From: Mustelus asterias | Lineage: Eukaryota | DNA: 64,000 nucleotides | NCBI RefSeq assembly: GCF_964213995.1 | Contig: NC_135815.1 | Span: 71,858,001 to 71,922,000 of the forward strand | Direction: 5' to 3' | Shown here: positions 63,250-64,000 of the stretch, piece by piece | Position numbering within the stretch: the first letter of the stretch is position 1 | How the letters are laid out: each line of letters begins with the position of its first letter | Position numbers and translations under genes: made by a program | The notes under the pieces: model-generated | What the model was told of the DNA's origin: nothing | Databases searched by the model: none | Seen by the model: only the letters and a program-made list of their open reading frames with translations

Positions 63250-64000
63250 AGAGTCATAGAGGTTTACAGCATGGAAACAGGCCCTTCGGCCCAACTTGTC
63301 CATGCCGCCCTTTTTTTTTAAAACCCCTAAGCTAATTCCAATTGCCCGCATTTGGCCCATGTCCCTCTGTACCCATCATACCCATGTAACTATCTAAATG
63401 CTTTTTAAAAGACAAAATTGTACCGCCTCTACTACTACCTCTGGCAGCTTGTTCCAGACACTCACCACCCTCTGTGTGAAAAACTTGCCCCTCTGGACAC
63501 TTTTGTATCTCTCCCCTCTCACCTTAAACCTATGGCGTATGGTGTGCTGGCCTTTATCAATCGAGGGATTGAGTTTAGGAGTCCGGGGATAATGATGCAG
63601 CTATATAAGACCCTCGTCAGACCCCACTTGGAGTACTGTGCTCAGTTCTGGTCGCCTCATTACAGGAAGGATTGAAATGGTGCAGAGGAGATTTACAAGG
63701 ATGTTGCCTGGATTGAGTGGCATGCCTTATGAGGATAGGCCGAGGGAGCTCGGTCTTTTCTCCTTGGAGAGACGTAGGATGAGAGGAGACCGAATAGAGG
63801 TATATAAGATGTTGAGAGGCATAGATCGGGTGGACTCTCAGAGGCTTTTTCCCAGGGTGGAAATGGCTGCTATGAGAGGACACAGGTTTAAGGTGCTGGG
63901 GGGTAGGTACAGGGGAAATGTTAGGGGGAAGTTTTTCACACAGAGGGTGGTGGGCGAGTGGAATCGGCTGCCGTCAGTGGTGGTGGAGGCAAACTCAATA
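63250..64000. mobile_element. Two abutting CR1 pieces: - strand 63250-63532, + strand 63533-64000
   Basis: 63250-63532 is the reverse complement of the family at 17990-18275; the + piece encodes AYGVLAFINRG..VRPHLEYC. Confidence 0.78.

Overview
Eukaryotic, repeat-rich vertebrate DNA, most likely from a cartilaginous fish: it carries HE1-type V-SINEs, many CR1 LINEs, Penelope elements and an Ig light-chain sequence. The window lies inside one + strand multi-exon gene encoding a divergent CENPJ/CPAP (SAS-4)-family protein. I can trace about 11 coding exons from 9556 to 62948; the start codon and C-terminal G-box are not seen. Most ORFs in the track are LINE debris. The introns hold four notable items. 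(1) A decayed, intronless, poly(A)-tailed V-J-C immunoglobulin light-chain retrocopy (about 40277-41992), split in V framework 3 by a Rex1/Babar LINE. (2) A perfect 99-bp inverted copy (16736-16834) of the start of the host's large exon, able to form a duplex next to the splice acceptor. (3) A tandem, hairpin-rich element headed by U2 snRNA nt 5-37 (54484-55086). (4) Penelope-derived palindromic mini-elements with minimal hammerhead ribozymes whose stem I covaries between two families. The host protein also has three phase-0 exons repeating an RSRSxTPxGR[RK]xP motif.
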